Shown here: positions 35,885 through 48,529 of the stretch, in pieces
How the letters are laid out: every line of letters begins with the position of its first letter
How positions within the stretch are numbered: position 1 is the first letter of the stretch
Source of the DNA: Prorocentrum cordatum
Taxonomy: Eukaryota
Length of the DNA: 64,000 nucleotides
Reading direction: 5' to 3'
NCBI GenBank assembly: GCA_963575745.1
Contig: CAUYUJ010000126.1
Location: 558,001-622,000 of the forward strand
Made by a program: the position numbers and the translations under genes
Notes under the pieces: generated by a model
The model's input: only the letters and a program-made list of their open reading frames with translations
Databases searched by the model: none
What the model was told of the DNA's origin: nothing

Positions 35885-37400
35885 GGGAGGGCGGCCGTTT
35901 TCAAAATGTGGGTCTTGCCTTAGCGCGGCGCACATTCGTTGCAAGAGTTTGCAAGAGCTTCACGGATTGAGGGCGGTTCGTTTTCAAAGTGTGGCTCTCG
36001 CCTAAGCGCGGCGCACATTCGTCCTAACAAATTGCAAGAGCTTTACGGATTGAGAGCGGTGTCTGTTCAAAGTGTGGCTCTCGCCTTTGCGAGGCGCGCA
36101 GTCGTTCCAAACATTCGCAGGAATTTCACGGATTGAGGGCGGCTGCTTTTCAAAATGTGGCTCTCGCCTTAGCGCGGCGCGCATTCGTTTAAACAAACTG
36201 CTAGAGTCCCACGGATTCCCATCATCAACGTGCCCGAATTGGTGTTTTCAAAGGATTCCGGATCATGCTGTTGCAACAGTTATGTTGATCCGCTGTGTTG
36301 AAGTCCCAAGAATGGCGTTCTGGCACGGTTCTGGATGGTCAAGATGCAACAGTCAGGTTGATCCATGAAGCTGGAATCCCGAGAACACTGTTTTGGCATG
36401 CTCCAGGGTCTTCAAACGGTTGTCTTCCAAAGAGGCAGTTCCTTCAATGGAAAAGAACCGTTGTAAAGGCCTATGAAGAGGGAGCTTGGAGGGAGGGTCT
36501 ATTCCAACATCGTTGATGCCTCTTGGGTTTACACTGGTGGTTTTCCTCCTCCTCCTCCTTCTCCTCCTCCTCCTCCCCCTCCCCATCCTCATCCCCCTCC
36601 TCCCCCCATCCCCCTCCTCCTCCTCCTCCTCATCCTCCTCCTCCTCCTCCTCCTCATACTACTCCTCCTACTCCTCCTCGTCCTCCTCCTCCTCCTCTTC
36701 CATTTCTTTCCTTACAAATCACTTCTCCCGCTCGCACCCCGAGGCCAAATGTTAGGGCAGACCAGGCGTTCCGCCCGAGACTTCCTCACCACGTATGGCC
36801 CTGAACCTTAAAAAGTGACAACGGCTTCACAAATGGAGGGCGGGTGGTTTTCAAAATGTGGCGCTCGCCTTAGCGCCGCGCACATTCGTTTTAAACATTT
36901 GAAAAGGTGTCACGGATTGAGGGCGAGTCGGTTTCAAAGTGTGGCTCTCGCCTTAGCGCGACGAACATTCGTTTTAAACATGTGCAAGAGCTTCACGGAT
37001 TGAGGGCGGGTGGCTTTCAAAATGTGGTTCTCGCGTTAGCGCCGCGCACTTTCTTTTGAAACTTTACAAGGGTTTCGCGGATTGAGGGCGGGTGGCTTTC
37101 AAAATGTGGCTCTCGCCTTAGCACCGCGCACACTCATTTGAAATGCTTGCAAGAGTTGCGCCGATTGAAGGCGGGCCGTTTTCAAAATGTGGCCCTGGCC
37201 TTACGACGGCGCATATTTGTTCTAAAAGTTGCAAGGGCTTCACGGATTGAGGGCGGTTTCTGTTCAAAATGGGGCCCTCGCCTTTGCGAGGCGCACATTG
37301 GTTTAACCAATTGTAAGAGCTTCACTGATTGAGGGCGGCTGCTTTTCAAAATGTGGCTCTCGCCTTAGCGCGGCGCACATTCGTTTAAACAAATTGCTAG
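35885..37400. repeat. ~82-bp satellite in two blocks (35885-36205, 36820-37400)
   Basis: Unit GAGCTTCACGGATTGAGGGCGG..TTTTCAAAATGTGGCTCTCGCCTTAGCGCGGCGCACATTCG repeated about 11 times. Confidence 0.9.
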
Positions 37401-37740
37401 AGTCCCATGGATTCCCATCATCAACGTGCCCGAAATGGTGTGTTCTAAGGATTCCGGATCATGCTGTTGCAACAGTTATGTTGATCCGCTGTGTTGAAGT
37501 CCCAAGAATGGCGTTCTGGTACAGTTCTGGATGGTCAAGATGCAGCAGTCAGGTTGATCAGTGAAGCTGGAATCCCGAGAACACTGTTTTGGCATGCTCC
37601 AGGGTCTTCAAACGGTTGTCTTTCAAAGAGTCAGTTCCTTCAATGGAAATGAAACGTTGTAGGGGCCTATGAAGAGGGAGCTTGGAGGGAGGGTCTATTC
37701 CAACATCGTTGATGCCTCTTGGGTTTACACTGGTGGTCCT
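36130..37740. repeat. ~410-bp direct duplication (36130-36540 and 37328-37737), each copy followed by (CCT)n
   Basis: Near-identical copies ending TTGGGTTTACACTGGTGGT immediately before the CCT tracts. Confidence 0.9.
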
Positions 37741-38657
37741 CCTTCCTCCTCCTCCTCCTCCTCCTCCTCCTCCTCCTCCTCCTCCTCCTCCTCCTCCTCC
37801 TCCTCCTCCCCACCTCCTCTCCTCTCCTCTCCTCTCCTCTCCTCTCCTCCTCTCCTCCTCCTCCTCCTCCTCCTCCTCCTCCTCCTCCTCCTCCTCCCTC
37901 CTCCTCCACCCCCCATCCCCCTCCCCCTCCCCCTCCCTCCCCTTCCTCCTCCTCCTCCTCCTCCTCCTCCTCCTCCTCCTCCTCCTCCTCCTCCTCCTCC
38001 TCCTCCTCCTCCTCATGCTCCTCCTCCTCCTCCTCCTCCTCCTCCTCCTCCTCCTCCTCCTCCTCCTCCTCCTCCTCCCCTCCTCCTCCCCTCCCCCTCC
38101 CCCATCCTCCTCCTCCTCCTCCTCCTCCTCCTCTCCTCCTCCTCCTCCAAATCCAATCCTCCTCCTCCTCCTCCTCCTCCTCCTCCTCCTCCTCCTGCTC
38201 CTCCTCCTCCCCTCCTCCTCCTCCTCCAAATCGCCTCCTCCTCCTCCTCCTCCTCCTCCTCCTCCTCCTCCTCTCCTCCTCCTCCTCCTCTCCTCCTCCT
38301 GCCCCCTCATCCTCCTCCTCCTCCTCCTCCTCCTCCTCCTCCTCCTCCTCCTCCTCCTCCTCCTCCTCCTCCTCCTCCTCCTCCTCCTCCTCCTCCTCCT
38401 CCTCCTCCTCCTCCTCCTCCTCCTCCTCCTCCTCCTCCTCCTCCTCCTCCTCCTCCTCCTCCTCCTCCTCCTCCTCCTCCTCCTCCTCCTCCTCCTCCTC
38501 CTCCTCCTCCTCCTCCTCCTCCTCCTCCTCCTCCTCCTCCTCCTCCTCCTCCTCCCTCCTCCTCCCCTCCTCCTCCTCCTCCTCCTCCTCCCTCCCCTGC
38601 CCTCCTCCTCCTCCTCCTCCTCCTCCTCCTCCTCCTCCTCCTCCTCCTCCTCCTCCC
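37738..38657. repeat. ~920-bp (CCT)n tract, the longest in the window
   Basis: Directly visible; ~240 bp of it (~38310-38553) is perfect. Confidence 0.97.
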
Positions 38658-38901
38658 CATGGGCCGTTCCCCCCCAGTCGGCCCTCTTGTCGCCCCTGAC
38701 CTCCCAAAAGATCCGACGGCACGAATAAAAATCTACGTCACGAAAAATCACGAACGGAATCGCACCGTTCTGCGGCATGTCTCGAGCTGGATCGGTCCGT
38801 GAAGGCATTACGAGATCGCTCGGTGCGAACAAAAATGTGACGCTAGGATCTCAGCGTGCTTTCCCGTCACGCCGCCCCTGGAGTGAGGGAAAAGAGAGAG
38901 C

Positions 38902-39200
38902 GGGACTGGCTCAGGGGGGGGGGGACATCGACCCAGAATTGGCGACAGATCGCCGATACATCCGCGATGTGCCCCAGTAAACGAATTCTCATGTACCTGG
39001 GCGGGGTCGGCTATCGGGCCCACATCGGCGATGCATAGGCGATCGGGGTCGATGCATCCCACCCTGAGCCAGTCCCCCCCCTTGTCGTTGCCCTCGGGTC
39101 ATAACTCGGCACCCCGGCGGCCGTTCGGAAAGATCCCCCCCGGAACGCTCTCGGCGAGGCACAACTGCCGGAAAGCACAAGCAGGCTGGAAAACCGCCGA
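38902..39200 (+). mobile_element. TIR element (family G) plus a conserved flanking module; three copies
   Basis: GGGACTGGCTCAGGG ... CCCTGAGCCAGTCCC followed by ..GGAACGCTCTCGGCGAGG..GGCTGGAAAACCGCCGA; homologues at ~30225-30531 and ~56376-56655. Confidence 0.75.
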
Positions 39201-39497
39201 ACGCCGACACAAACGTGTGGGAACCGTCGTTCCACTACAACATGGAATCCTACCCCGCCAGGTCAGATCTGTCAAAGATCGGTTGGGGCTCAGAATTCGA
39301 GGGATGCCTGCAGCCAAGTGAACCCCAGCGGGGGTGGCCGATACCCTAGCGGCGAGTGGACCCGCAGGGGCAGGGTTCGCGAGTGGTCGCAGGTCCGTAG
39401 CGTTGCTCCTTGATGAAGGGAGCCTGGCTTCGCCTCCAGAGCCACCTGCCGCGGCGGCGGTCCCACGGATAGCGTGTCGCTGCGAGCGGATGGTGCG

Positions 39498-39663
39498 CTT
39501 GGGGGAACCAAAAGGTACCGATGCCGCTACTCGCCGGACCTCTCCTGGGGCGCGTTCTGACCAGGGTTTCGAGGCGAGTCCAGCGGTGGCGACGACGGAT
39601 GCCCAGGAGGCCCAGAAAGGGGAACACGAGGGGAGGGTAGAGGTGTGGGTACCGTTTCCTCCC
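39498..39663 (-). mobile_element. AGGTACC-TIR element, candidate introner (166 nt)
   Basis: Minus strand CAG|GGGAGGAAACGGTACCC ... GGTACCTTTTGGTTCCCCCAAG|; removal joins VHVRSFSELLQAPRPAERSNTQ to RTIRSQRHAIRG. Confidence 0.7.
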
Positions 39664-42600
39664 CTGAGTGTTGCTCCGCTCAGCGGGGCGTGGGGCCTGG
39701 AGAAGCTCGGAGAAGCTCCGGACATGGACGCCTGGGGACCGGGAAGTGGTCAGCGCATCAGCCAGAAGCAGCGGAGCCAGAAGCCGCGGAGCGGCACACG
39801 AAGCCAGACGCTCCTGACCGGAGCCTCGAACACGAAACGTCCCCCGTCTTCGCGAGCGAGCACACACACACACACACACACACACATCCGTATCCGCGGC
39901 ATCGCGGGCCGGGCCCCTTGGCCGCAACCCCGCGGGTGCGGGGCGTCTTCTCTCGCGGATGCCCTGCGCGGAACGCACGCGTGCGGCCGCGCATCCGCGG
40001 GATCGCACCACGGAATCCAGACCGCGAGGGCGCGGAGATGGATCCGTCCGCCGCCCGTGACCTCTTGGCGAGGAGGAGGAGGAAGAGGCGGAGGAGGAGC
40101 TAGGAGGAGGAGGAGGAGGAGGAGGAGGAGGAGGAGGAGGAGGAGGAGGAGGAGGAGGCGGCGTCCGCCTCTGCGCCGGGGTCCCTCGGGAGCCCGCCCG
40201 CCCTGGCGCCGCCCGGCGGGGCGCCTGCGCGGGGGCGCTGCGGCGCTGCGGCGCCGCGCCGCGAGGAGCAGGGCCGAGGGCTCGGAGGCGCGAGGCCTCC
40301 CGGAGGGGGCCCGCCCAGCATGGGGCCGGAGGATCGCGCCGCCTGCATCGCCGATGCGTGGGGGATGCCTCGGCGACGCCAGCGATGCCTCGTCGCCGCC
40401 GGCGTGGAGGAGTTGGGGCTCCGCACCGGGCCGATGCATCGGCGAAGCGGCGCGATCCTCCGACCCCAGCTGCTCGGGCCCCCTCTGGAAGGCCAGGAGA
40501 GGATCGAGGGGTCGAGGGCTCGCGGGGCCGAGGGGCCGAGGATCGAGGGCTCGAGGGCTCGAGGGCTCGAGGGCAGAGGGCTCGAGGCTCTCGAAGTTTG
40601 GAGGCGGCTGGAGGGGTCGACGGATCGAGGGATCGGCGGATCGAGGCTCGAAGCTTCGGGGAGCTCTGCGGGCTGCTTTTCGACCCCCTGGCGGCCGCCA
40701 GAGAGGCACGGGTCCCCGAGTGCGAGAGGACCCGGCTCACTCTCCACGAACGCAGGGCCACGGGCGGTGCGACTGCGAGTGGTTGCGAGCTTCGCTGGAC
40801 TGTCTGGCGAAGGAGAAGCAGTTGGCGCGTGAGGACAACACGCGCGGGGACCCTCCGCCCCCTCCTCCCCCGTCCGCCGCCCTCCTCTACAGGCATGCTC
40901 TGACCGACTGCAGGCGCCAGTACACCAGATGCCGCGGCCAGGCGGCCCTGGCCACCATGAAAGAGTGGCACGGCACCGATTGCCCAACGCTCTTGAATGT
41001 CGATGGTGTTATGATGTTCCCCTCCCGATGCATCGGTGCTGCGTCGGCGTGGAGAAGATCGGGGCTCCACATCGAGCCGCATCGCCGATGCGTCGGCGAT
41101 GCGGCTCGACTCACCGACCCCATGTTTTGGGAATCCCAAACTGGTGCGGTGACAGACCTTGCGGTGACATTGAACTCCCTGAGGATCTCACCGCACTGTC
41201 CGTCACCGTGCGGAGGCCCCAGTTATCCGAGACGTCCTCGGAGAACGACACGAGTCTCAAAACTGTGCGGCCATCCCGAATCCACTGGCTCACCACACGG
41301 TGTGGTCATCACACCGCTTGGTGGGCCCAGACCGACATCAGCTTCGACAAGGACGAAGCCTGGACTTGGACAATATCGGATCAGGGCGAATCCGAATCTC
41401 TGAGATCTGGCGGCTCCTGAGGATGTATCTCACACACCGCGGCCGTTCCAGAGCGCTATGGAACGCTCTGAGAGCGTTCCCGAACTCCCTGGAACGATCT
41501 GTCAACATCACATGTTGTTCAAAATCGACAGCGGCCGCTGTTGGGCAGGCTACTTCTTGTCTCAAATGGACAACGTCCGCGGCGACACTGGCAGCGAAAC
41601 CTGTTCAAGATGAGCAGGAACTGCTGTCGGTCTTCGTGCCCATTCTTTCCGCACCACTTTTGATCCTACCGATCCTGGGCCCGCCTGGTCGACCCCACGC
41701 GAGCGGCCCAGAAGGCCGCCGATCCGGCGTGTGAGTTTCTCAAAGGGCCTGAGCTACAGCCTGCAGACCGAACTGCTTCAGCTCTGCTAGGGGGGGGGGG
41801 CCGGGGGGGCTCTGCCTGGGGAAGGGGTGTTTGTGTGTGTGTGGGGGGGGGGGGGGGGGCGGTGTGTTCCTGCGCTCCGCTTTCTGGGCGGGGCTGGGAC
41901 AGGTAACAATCGGCCACATTCTCACCCTGGGAGGCCAGACGGCCAAGACGGCTCAAAATGACCCCAATATGGCCCAGGATGTTCTCCAAAAAATGCCCGA
42001 TGAGGCCCAAATCATTGATTTTACATGCTTTTGAAGGATTTGGACGCTTCGTTCTTTTCAGCCTTCCAACGGCCCCAGAGGCCCCCGAGATCGCCCCAGA
42101 GGCTTCTAAGATGGCCCTCTGACAGCCCCAGGGGTTCCTCAGACGGCCCCAAAAGGGCCCCAAGACGGCCTAGAGGCCCCCAAGACGGCCAAGATAGCCT
42201 CCAAGACGGCCCTGAGGCGCCGCCAGAATGCTCCCAGACGGCACAGCGAGGCGCCCAAGACGGCTTCAGACGGGCCAGGAACGCCCTAAGACCGCAAACA
42301 AAGGGTTCCAAGAAGCCCCAAGAGGCTCAAAGACCCCCTCCAGAGACCCCTTCCTACGACGGCCCCAACAGAGCCTCAAGACGGCCCCGTAGGCCTCCAA
42401 GCAAGCCCGAGCACCGTCGGGAGCGCCACGGACTGGCGGCACTGGCCAGAGGCCACTACAATACCACGTGGAGGGGGGCACGCCTTCTGGCCTCCTCTTC
42501 GCTCGCCTCGGCGCCGCGAGGGCGGCCTTCTTGCGCGCCTTTGCCTGCCGCGGCCAGGGCACCGCGGCGCGAAGAGGTCCAGCGCGGCGGGGGGGGGTGG

Positions 42601-43767
42601 GGGAAGAGGTGGCGAGGGTGGCGGGGGGGGGGGGGGCGAGGCGAGGGCGAAGGGAGGAGGAGGCGAAGCCAGACAGGCCCGCACCGTGGCGAAAGTCAGG
42701 GCGGGAGGCGTTTCATAGTTTTCGGCAGCTCGATCTTGGAGGCCATCTAGGGCGTCCTGGAGGCCTCTTGGGCCGTCTTGGGGCACTCTTGGCGCCGTCT
42801 TGGGGGCCTCTTCGGCCGTCCTGGGGCCATAGTGGAGGCCTCTTGGGGCCCTCCCCCCCAAGCCCCGGGACCGTCGAATAACGACTCGGATTGGCAGCAA
42901 ATTGGCCCCGAGGAAAGAGGGACGGGACTTCCAGGGACCGTGCTCTGAGAAAGTCAAACATTCAGGACGTCGCATTTCTGTCAAGGGTGATGATGCGACG
43001 CGCGGCTTCGCAATGAGCGTGCTCGATAACGGTTCGGATAATCAAAGATAAATGGAGGCGGCGGCAGCGGCAAACGCTCCCGCCTGGCCGAGGAGGCGGC
43101 GGCAGCGGCAAACGCTCCCGCCTGGCCGAGGAGGGGGCGGGCGAGACGGCCGTCCTTCGGTAAGGGATAGTTTGAGCACTGCTCCTTAGAAATGTGCAAG
43201 GGTCTACATATCCGACACCGTGCCCGTTGGCACGGAGTGGGCGTGTCCTCAGATCCTTTGCCTAATGCCCGGCGCCTCAGTCCTCAGGTCCTGAGGAGTC
43301 GAACGATCCCAGACCCAAAGTTGCCAGATTTGGTGGGACTTGTCGCGAGCCCTCTGGCTTCCCCCGGGGCTTCCCGCATGACTTTTTCCTGGAAAGAGCG
43401 TGGTCCCAGGGTTCTCTTTTAGTTTTGTTCCCGGAAAGGGCGCGGGCCCAGGGTTCTCTGTTAAGAAGTTTTCCCCCCGGCCCCTACGGGAGGTGGGCCG
43501 GCGGAAGCGTGAATTTTCAGTTGAACAAGTGCGTTTCTCGCGTGCCCGCTCGAGGAAAATGTGCCCCCCCCTCTCGGAGGGTGCGGGGGCATTGTTAGCA
43601 GAATCCTCGAACAAAAACCAAGGTCTGGAGCCCCGACCGCGACGCGGAAAAGCATCCCGCGCGCAGGAATTCCGAGGATGTCTCGCGCGTGCCGCGTCCC
43701 GCGCGCAGGAAGTTCGAGGATGTCTCGACTATTTCGCTTGTTTGTCCAGGATTTCCTTGGCCGCACA

Positions 43768-44920
43768 GGGGGGTATCTACCATGTTCTGCCCGAGCTGGA
43801 GCCACGTCGCTTCACGTGTCCAGGGCACCCAGGTGGGTGTCTAACATGGTGGTCCCGAGCTGGTGCCACGTTTTCCCGTGTCCACGCCACCCAGAGGGGG
43901 GTATCTAACATGGTGGTCCCGCGCTGGAACCACGTGTTTTCACGTGTACAGGCCACCCAGGTGGGCATCTAACATGTTGGTCCCGAGCTGGAACCACGTG
44001 TTTCACCTGTCGAGGCCACCCAGGGGGTGTCTAAGATGGTGGTCCCGCGCTGGAACCACGTGTTTTCACGTGCACAGATCGCCCAGACGCCACCTAGGGG
44101 GGTATCTAACATGGTGGTCCTGAGCTGGAACCACGTGCTTTTACGTGTCCAAGCCACCCATGAGGTATCTAGCATTGTGGTCCCGAGCTGGAACCACGTG
44201 TTTTCACCTGTCCAGGCCACCCAGGGGATATCCAACATGGTGGTCCCGCGCTGGAACCACGTATTTTCATGTGTGCGAGCCACCCAAGTGGGTATCTAAC
44301 ATGGTGGTCCCGAGCTGGAGCCACGTGTTTTCACGTGCCCACGCCACCCAGGGGGGATCTAACATGGTGGTTCCGAGCTGGAGCCACGTGTTTTTACGTG
44401 TCCACGCCACCCAGGGGGTATCTAACATGGTGGTCCTGCGCTGGAACCGTGTATTTTCAAGTGTCCACGCCACCCAGGGGGGTATCTCACATGGTGGTCC
44501 CGAGCTTGAACCACGTGCTTTCACGTGTCCAGGCCACTCAAGGGGTATCTAACATGGAACTCCTGGATCCTTTCTGGGACTCGGAACGGAACGTCGAGAG
44601 TTTATTTGTATGTGGTATCGATTCGTTGATGTTTTGCCCTCCAGGCGCCTCTGGGCGTTCCTGAGCCCTCCTGCGCTCCAGACGACCGCATGTTAGATAT
44701 CCCCCCTGGGTGGGATGGACCACGTGTTTTTACGTGTGCAGGCCACCCAGGGGGTATCTAACATGGTGGCACCGAGCTGGAAACAGATGGTTTCACGTGT
44801 CCAGGCCACCCAAGGGGTATCTAACATGGTTGTCCCGAGCTTGAACCACGTGCTTTTGCGTATCCAGGCCACCCAAAGGGGCATCTAACAGGATTGTTCT
44901 GAGCAAGGGTCACGTGTTTT
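43768..44920. repeat. ~63-bp satellite, ~16-17 units, rich in CACGTG
   Basis: Unit GGGGGTATCTAACATGGTGGTCCCGAGCTGGAACCACGTGTTTTCACGTGTCCAGGCCACCCA; interrupted at ~44556-44713. Confidence 0.95.
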
Positions 44921-44964
44921 CCCCAATCAGAGCTTGCCTCTGTAGGGGTCCTAGCGGATTCATA

Positions 44965-45540
44965 TGGTTAAGTTAGGCTCGTCGCCGATTTTCGTGGCAC
45001 GCCCGGGTGCCCGGGTGCCCGGGGGTGCCCGGGGGTGCCCGGGGGTGCCCGGAGGTGCCCGGGGGTGCCCGGGGGTGCCCGGGGGTGCCCGGGGGTGCCC
45101 GGGGGTGCCCGGGTGCCCGGGCGTGCCTGGGGGTGCCCTGGTGCCCGGGTGCCCTGGTGCCCGGGTGCCCTGGTGCCCGGGTGCCCGGGTGCCCGGGCGT
45201 ATAGCCATGTAGCCCTATAGCCCAATAGCCCAATAGCCCTATATAGCCCTACAACTCTATAGACCTATAGCTCTATAGCCCTATAGGTAGCTCAATATTC
45301 ATAAGGTTATGTCAGGTTTGCCACCGATTTTCGCGGCACGCCCGGGTGCCCGGGGGTGCCCGCGGGTGCCCGGGTGCCCGGGTGCCCTGGTGCCCGGGCG
45401 TGCCCGGGGGTGCCTGGGGGTGCCCGGGGGTGCCCTGTAGCCCAATAGCCCTATAGCCCTACAACTCTATAGCCCTATAGCTCTATAGCCCTATAGCCCT
45501 ATAGCCCTATAGCCCTATAGCCCCCTAGCCCTATAGCCCT
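44965..45540. repeat. Duplicated block of (GGTGCCCGGG)n followed by (TATAGCCC)n
   Basis: The header CCGATTTTCG.GGCACGCCCGGGTGCC occurs at ~44984 and ~45324, each time followed by the two simple repeats. Confidence 0.9.
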
Positions 45541-45659
45541 GATTGGGTTTTCTTCGGTATCATGTCCAGGCTATTCCGGGGTGTGCCTAACATGGTTTCC
45601 CGAGCTGGCACCATGTGTGTTTAGGTGTCCAGGCCATCCAAGGTGATCTACCAAGGCGC

Positions 45660-46858
45660 GTCCTCCTGGCATGTCCCCCTGTCAATTAGCCCCGGGGCAG
45701 CTACTATGTGCTGAAGCAGCTCGAGCTGAAGATCCAGATCAATTCGGTCAGGACTCGGATGCTAAAGAGGGCTCGATCCACAACGCTATAGAGCACAATC
45801 GCGGCATGGCACATCGCAGTCCAGCACGGCGCAGCACAGCACAGCCCTCGGCACGTTACATCAAGATCGATGCACTCAACATTGCAACTTGGCACGTTCC
45901 TTGGCAGGTTCCGTGGCGCGTCCCGTGGCGAGTCCCCCTGGCACGTCGCGCGGCGCGTCCCCTGGCACGTCCCGTCGCACGTCCATTAGCACGTGCCGCA
46001 GCGCGTCCCCTCGGCACGTCCCGTGGTGCGTCCCCGTGGCACGTCCCTTGGCACGTCGCCTGGCGCGTCCCTTGGGACGATCCGCGACACGTCCTCCTGG
46101 CATGCTCCCCTGTCAATTAGCCCTGGGGCAGCTACTATGTGCTGAGGCAGCTCGAGCTGAAGATCCAGATCAGTTCGATCAGGACTCGGATGCACAGGAG
46201 GACTCGATCCACAACGCTATAGAGCACAATCGCGGCATGGCACATCGCAGTTCAGTACGGCGCAGCACAGCACAGCCCTCGGCACGGTACATCAAAATCG
46301 ATACACTCAACATTGCAACCTGGCACGTTCCTTGGCACGTTCCGTGGCGCGTCCCGTGGCGAGTCCCCCTGGCACGTCGCGCGGCGCGTCCCCTGGCACG
46401 TCCCGTGGCACCTCCATTGGGACGTGCCGTATCTCGTCCCCTCGGCACGTCCCGCGGTGCGTCCTCGTGGCACGTCCCTTGGCACGTCGCCTGGCGCGTC
46501 CCTTGGGACGATCCGCGGCGCGTCCTCCTGGCATATTCCCCTGTCAAGTAGCCCTGGGGCAGCTACTATGTGCTGAGGCAGCTCGAGCTGAAGATCCAGA
46601 TCAATTCGGTCGGGACTCGGATGCAAAGGAGGACTCGATCCACAACGCTATAGAGCACAATCGCGGCATGGCACATCACAGTTCAACACGGTGCAGCACA
46701 GCACAGCCCTCGGCACGGTACGTCAAGATCGATACACTCAACATTGCAACCTGGCACGTTCCTTGGCACGTTCCGTGGCGCGTCCCGTGGCGAGTCCCCC
46801 TGGAACGTCGCGCAGCGCGTCCCCTGGCACGTCCCGTGGCACGTCCATTGGCACGTTT
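45660..46858 (+). repeat. 431-bp tandem repeat x2.8, each unit with a putative 69-nt exon and GGCACGTCCC sub-repeats
   Basis: GTCCTCCTGGCAT starts units at 45660, 46091 and 46522. Confidence 0.92.
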
Positions 46859-48529
46859 CGTACAGCTGGCTTGCCCGTTCTTTCTCTCTGTCTCCCCGTC
46901 TGGAGGCTCTCTTGGGGCATCTTGGTGGCATATTGGGTGCCCTCTAGGGCTATCTCGAAGCTGCACGAGGCCTCTTGAGGAGGGGCCAGGGCGTGTTGGT
47001 ATCTTGGGAAGGCACTAGAGCGCGATAAAACACGAATGATGAGTAGGATCATACTTTTGATGATGATGACGACGACATACTGTCTCGTGGGAGCATCTTG
47101 GGCGTCTCCCAGGCCCTCCTTGGGCCGTCTTGTGGCTCTCTTAGGCCCTCTTGGGGCCCTTTTAGGCCGTCCTCTAGCTCTCTTGGGAGCCTCTGGGGCC
47201 GTCATGGCACAATCTCGGGTTGCTCTGGAGCTGTATCGGGCCGTTCTTGCCCGAAAAGGCGAGGAGCTGGACAACCTTCATACACCTGAAGGCAACATGG
47301 TTTCAGCACGTCTGGGGGTCCTCTCGGGTGCCGCTTGGGGTGTCTTGGAGGCCTCTTGGGCTGTGCTGAGGCCATCTTGGATGGGCTATCTTGGATCGCT
47401 CTGGGGCCGTCTTTGGTCCCGTCCGGGCCTCTCTCACGCCGTCTTGGAGGTGCCTTCAGCTGGCGAGGAGCTTATGCAGGTAGGGCGGGGCCCAGGGCGC
47501 CCCCCGGGCGGCGAAAGCCCTACTTTCGTTTTTTGTTGTTCCCGCTTAGACTGCCAATCGGTGCTCAAGGGGGGGTCTTCGAGACCTCTTGAGCCGCATT
47601 AAGGCCGTCGTGGGCTATCTGGATCGCTCTTGGGCCGTCCTCGTGCCCGTCTGGGCCTCTCTACGCCGTCGTGGAGGCCGTTGAAACCGTCTGCATACGT
47701 GCAGATGTTCGAACACGTCTTGGGGCCGTCTTTGGGGGTAGCTTGGGCCACCCTGGGGCGATCTTACGGGCCTCTGGCCTCTTGGGTCGTCTTGGAGGCG
47801 TCTTGGACCGTCTTGGAGGACGCTTGGCCTCTCATGGACTGTCTTGAAGGTACCTCAAATTGACGAGGACTTTACGCGCTTACGCGAAGCCTACGCGGAG
47901 CTTACGCGGAGCTTACGTTGCCGCCCGTTTCGGGCCCTGGTGTCAAGAACTGGTTACGTCACCGCTCTCTGTTGGGAGCCTTGGTCTTATCAGCTTGTTT
48001 ACGTCACTGCTCGCTCTTGGGACCCGCGGTGTTCAGGGTGCGTGAACGGTCCGTTAACAAGGAACTCTTTTACCTGTCAACGGTCCGCTAACAGGGAACA
48101 ACGCGTCCGTCACCGGAGTTGTTTCCCTGTTAAGTCCCTGTTCAGGGCTCCGTCAACAAGGAAAAATATGTCTGAGCGTGTAACCCTGTTTTTTCGGTGT
48201 TAAGCACCCGATGTTCCATGTTAAGGGCTCCGTTAACAAGGAAAAGGGGTGGATGTTCTCTGTGAAGCGCCCGATGTTCCCTGTCAAGGGCTCCGTTAAC
48301 AAGGGAAAAAATTGCCCGAACGAAAAATATCCCTGTTAACGGTCCGTTACCAGGGAAACGGGCGGGCCAATTTTTCACCCGAATTTCCATGTTAAGGGCT
48401 CCGCTAACAGGGAAAAAGGCGGGCCATTAGACCCCATTTTCCCTGCGCAGTGCAGAGGCCACCCCCTCACACTCCCCCTAATTAATTCCTTCTGACTAAC
48501 GGATCGCACGTTACGCGCGCTTTCCGTCA

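Noticed and set aside
37558..38832. Long ORFs (300-424 aa) in several frames
   Set aside because: Translations of (CCT)n/(GAG)n giving poly-P/S/L/E/R/G. The same applies at 8.3-9.3, 29.5-30.5, 57-58.5 and 60.2-61.7 kb.
39334..41403. 689-aa ORF and an overlapping 597-aa antisense ORF
   Set aside because: They run through MITEs, microsatellites and GC-rich repeats that lack stops; no coherent domain.
43768..44920. CRISPR or iteron array
   Set aside because: The whole 63-bp unit is repeated, as in an ordinary satellite.
45200..45540. Telomeric repeat
   Set aside because: The unit TATAGCCC is not TTTAGGG or TTAGGG, and it is part of an internal duplicated block.
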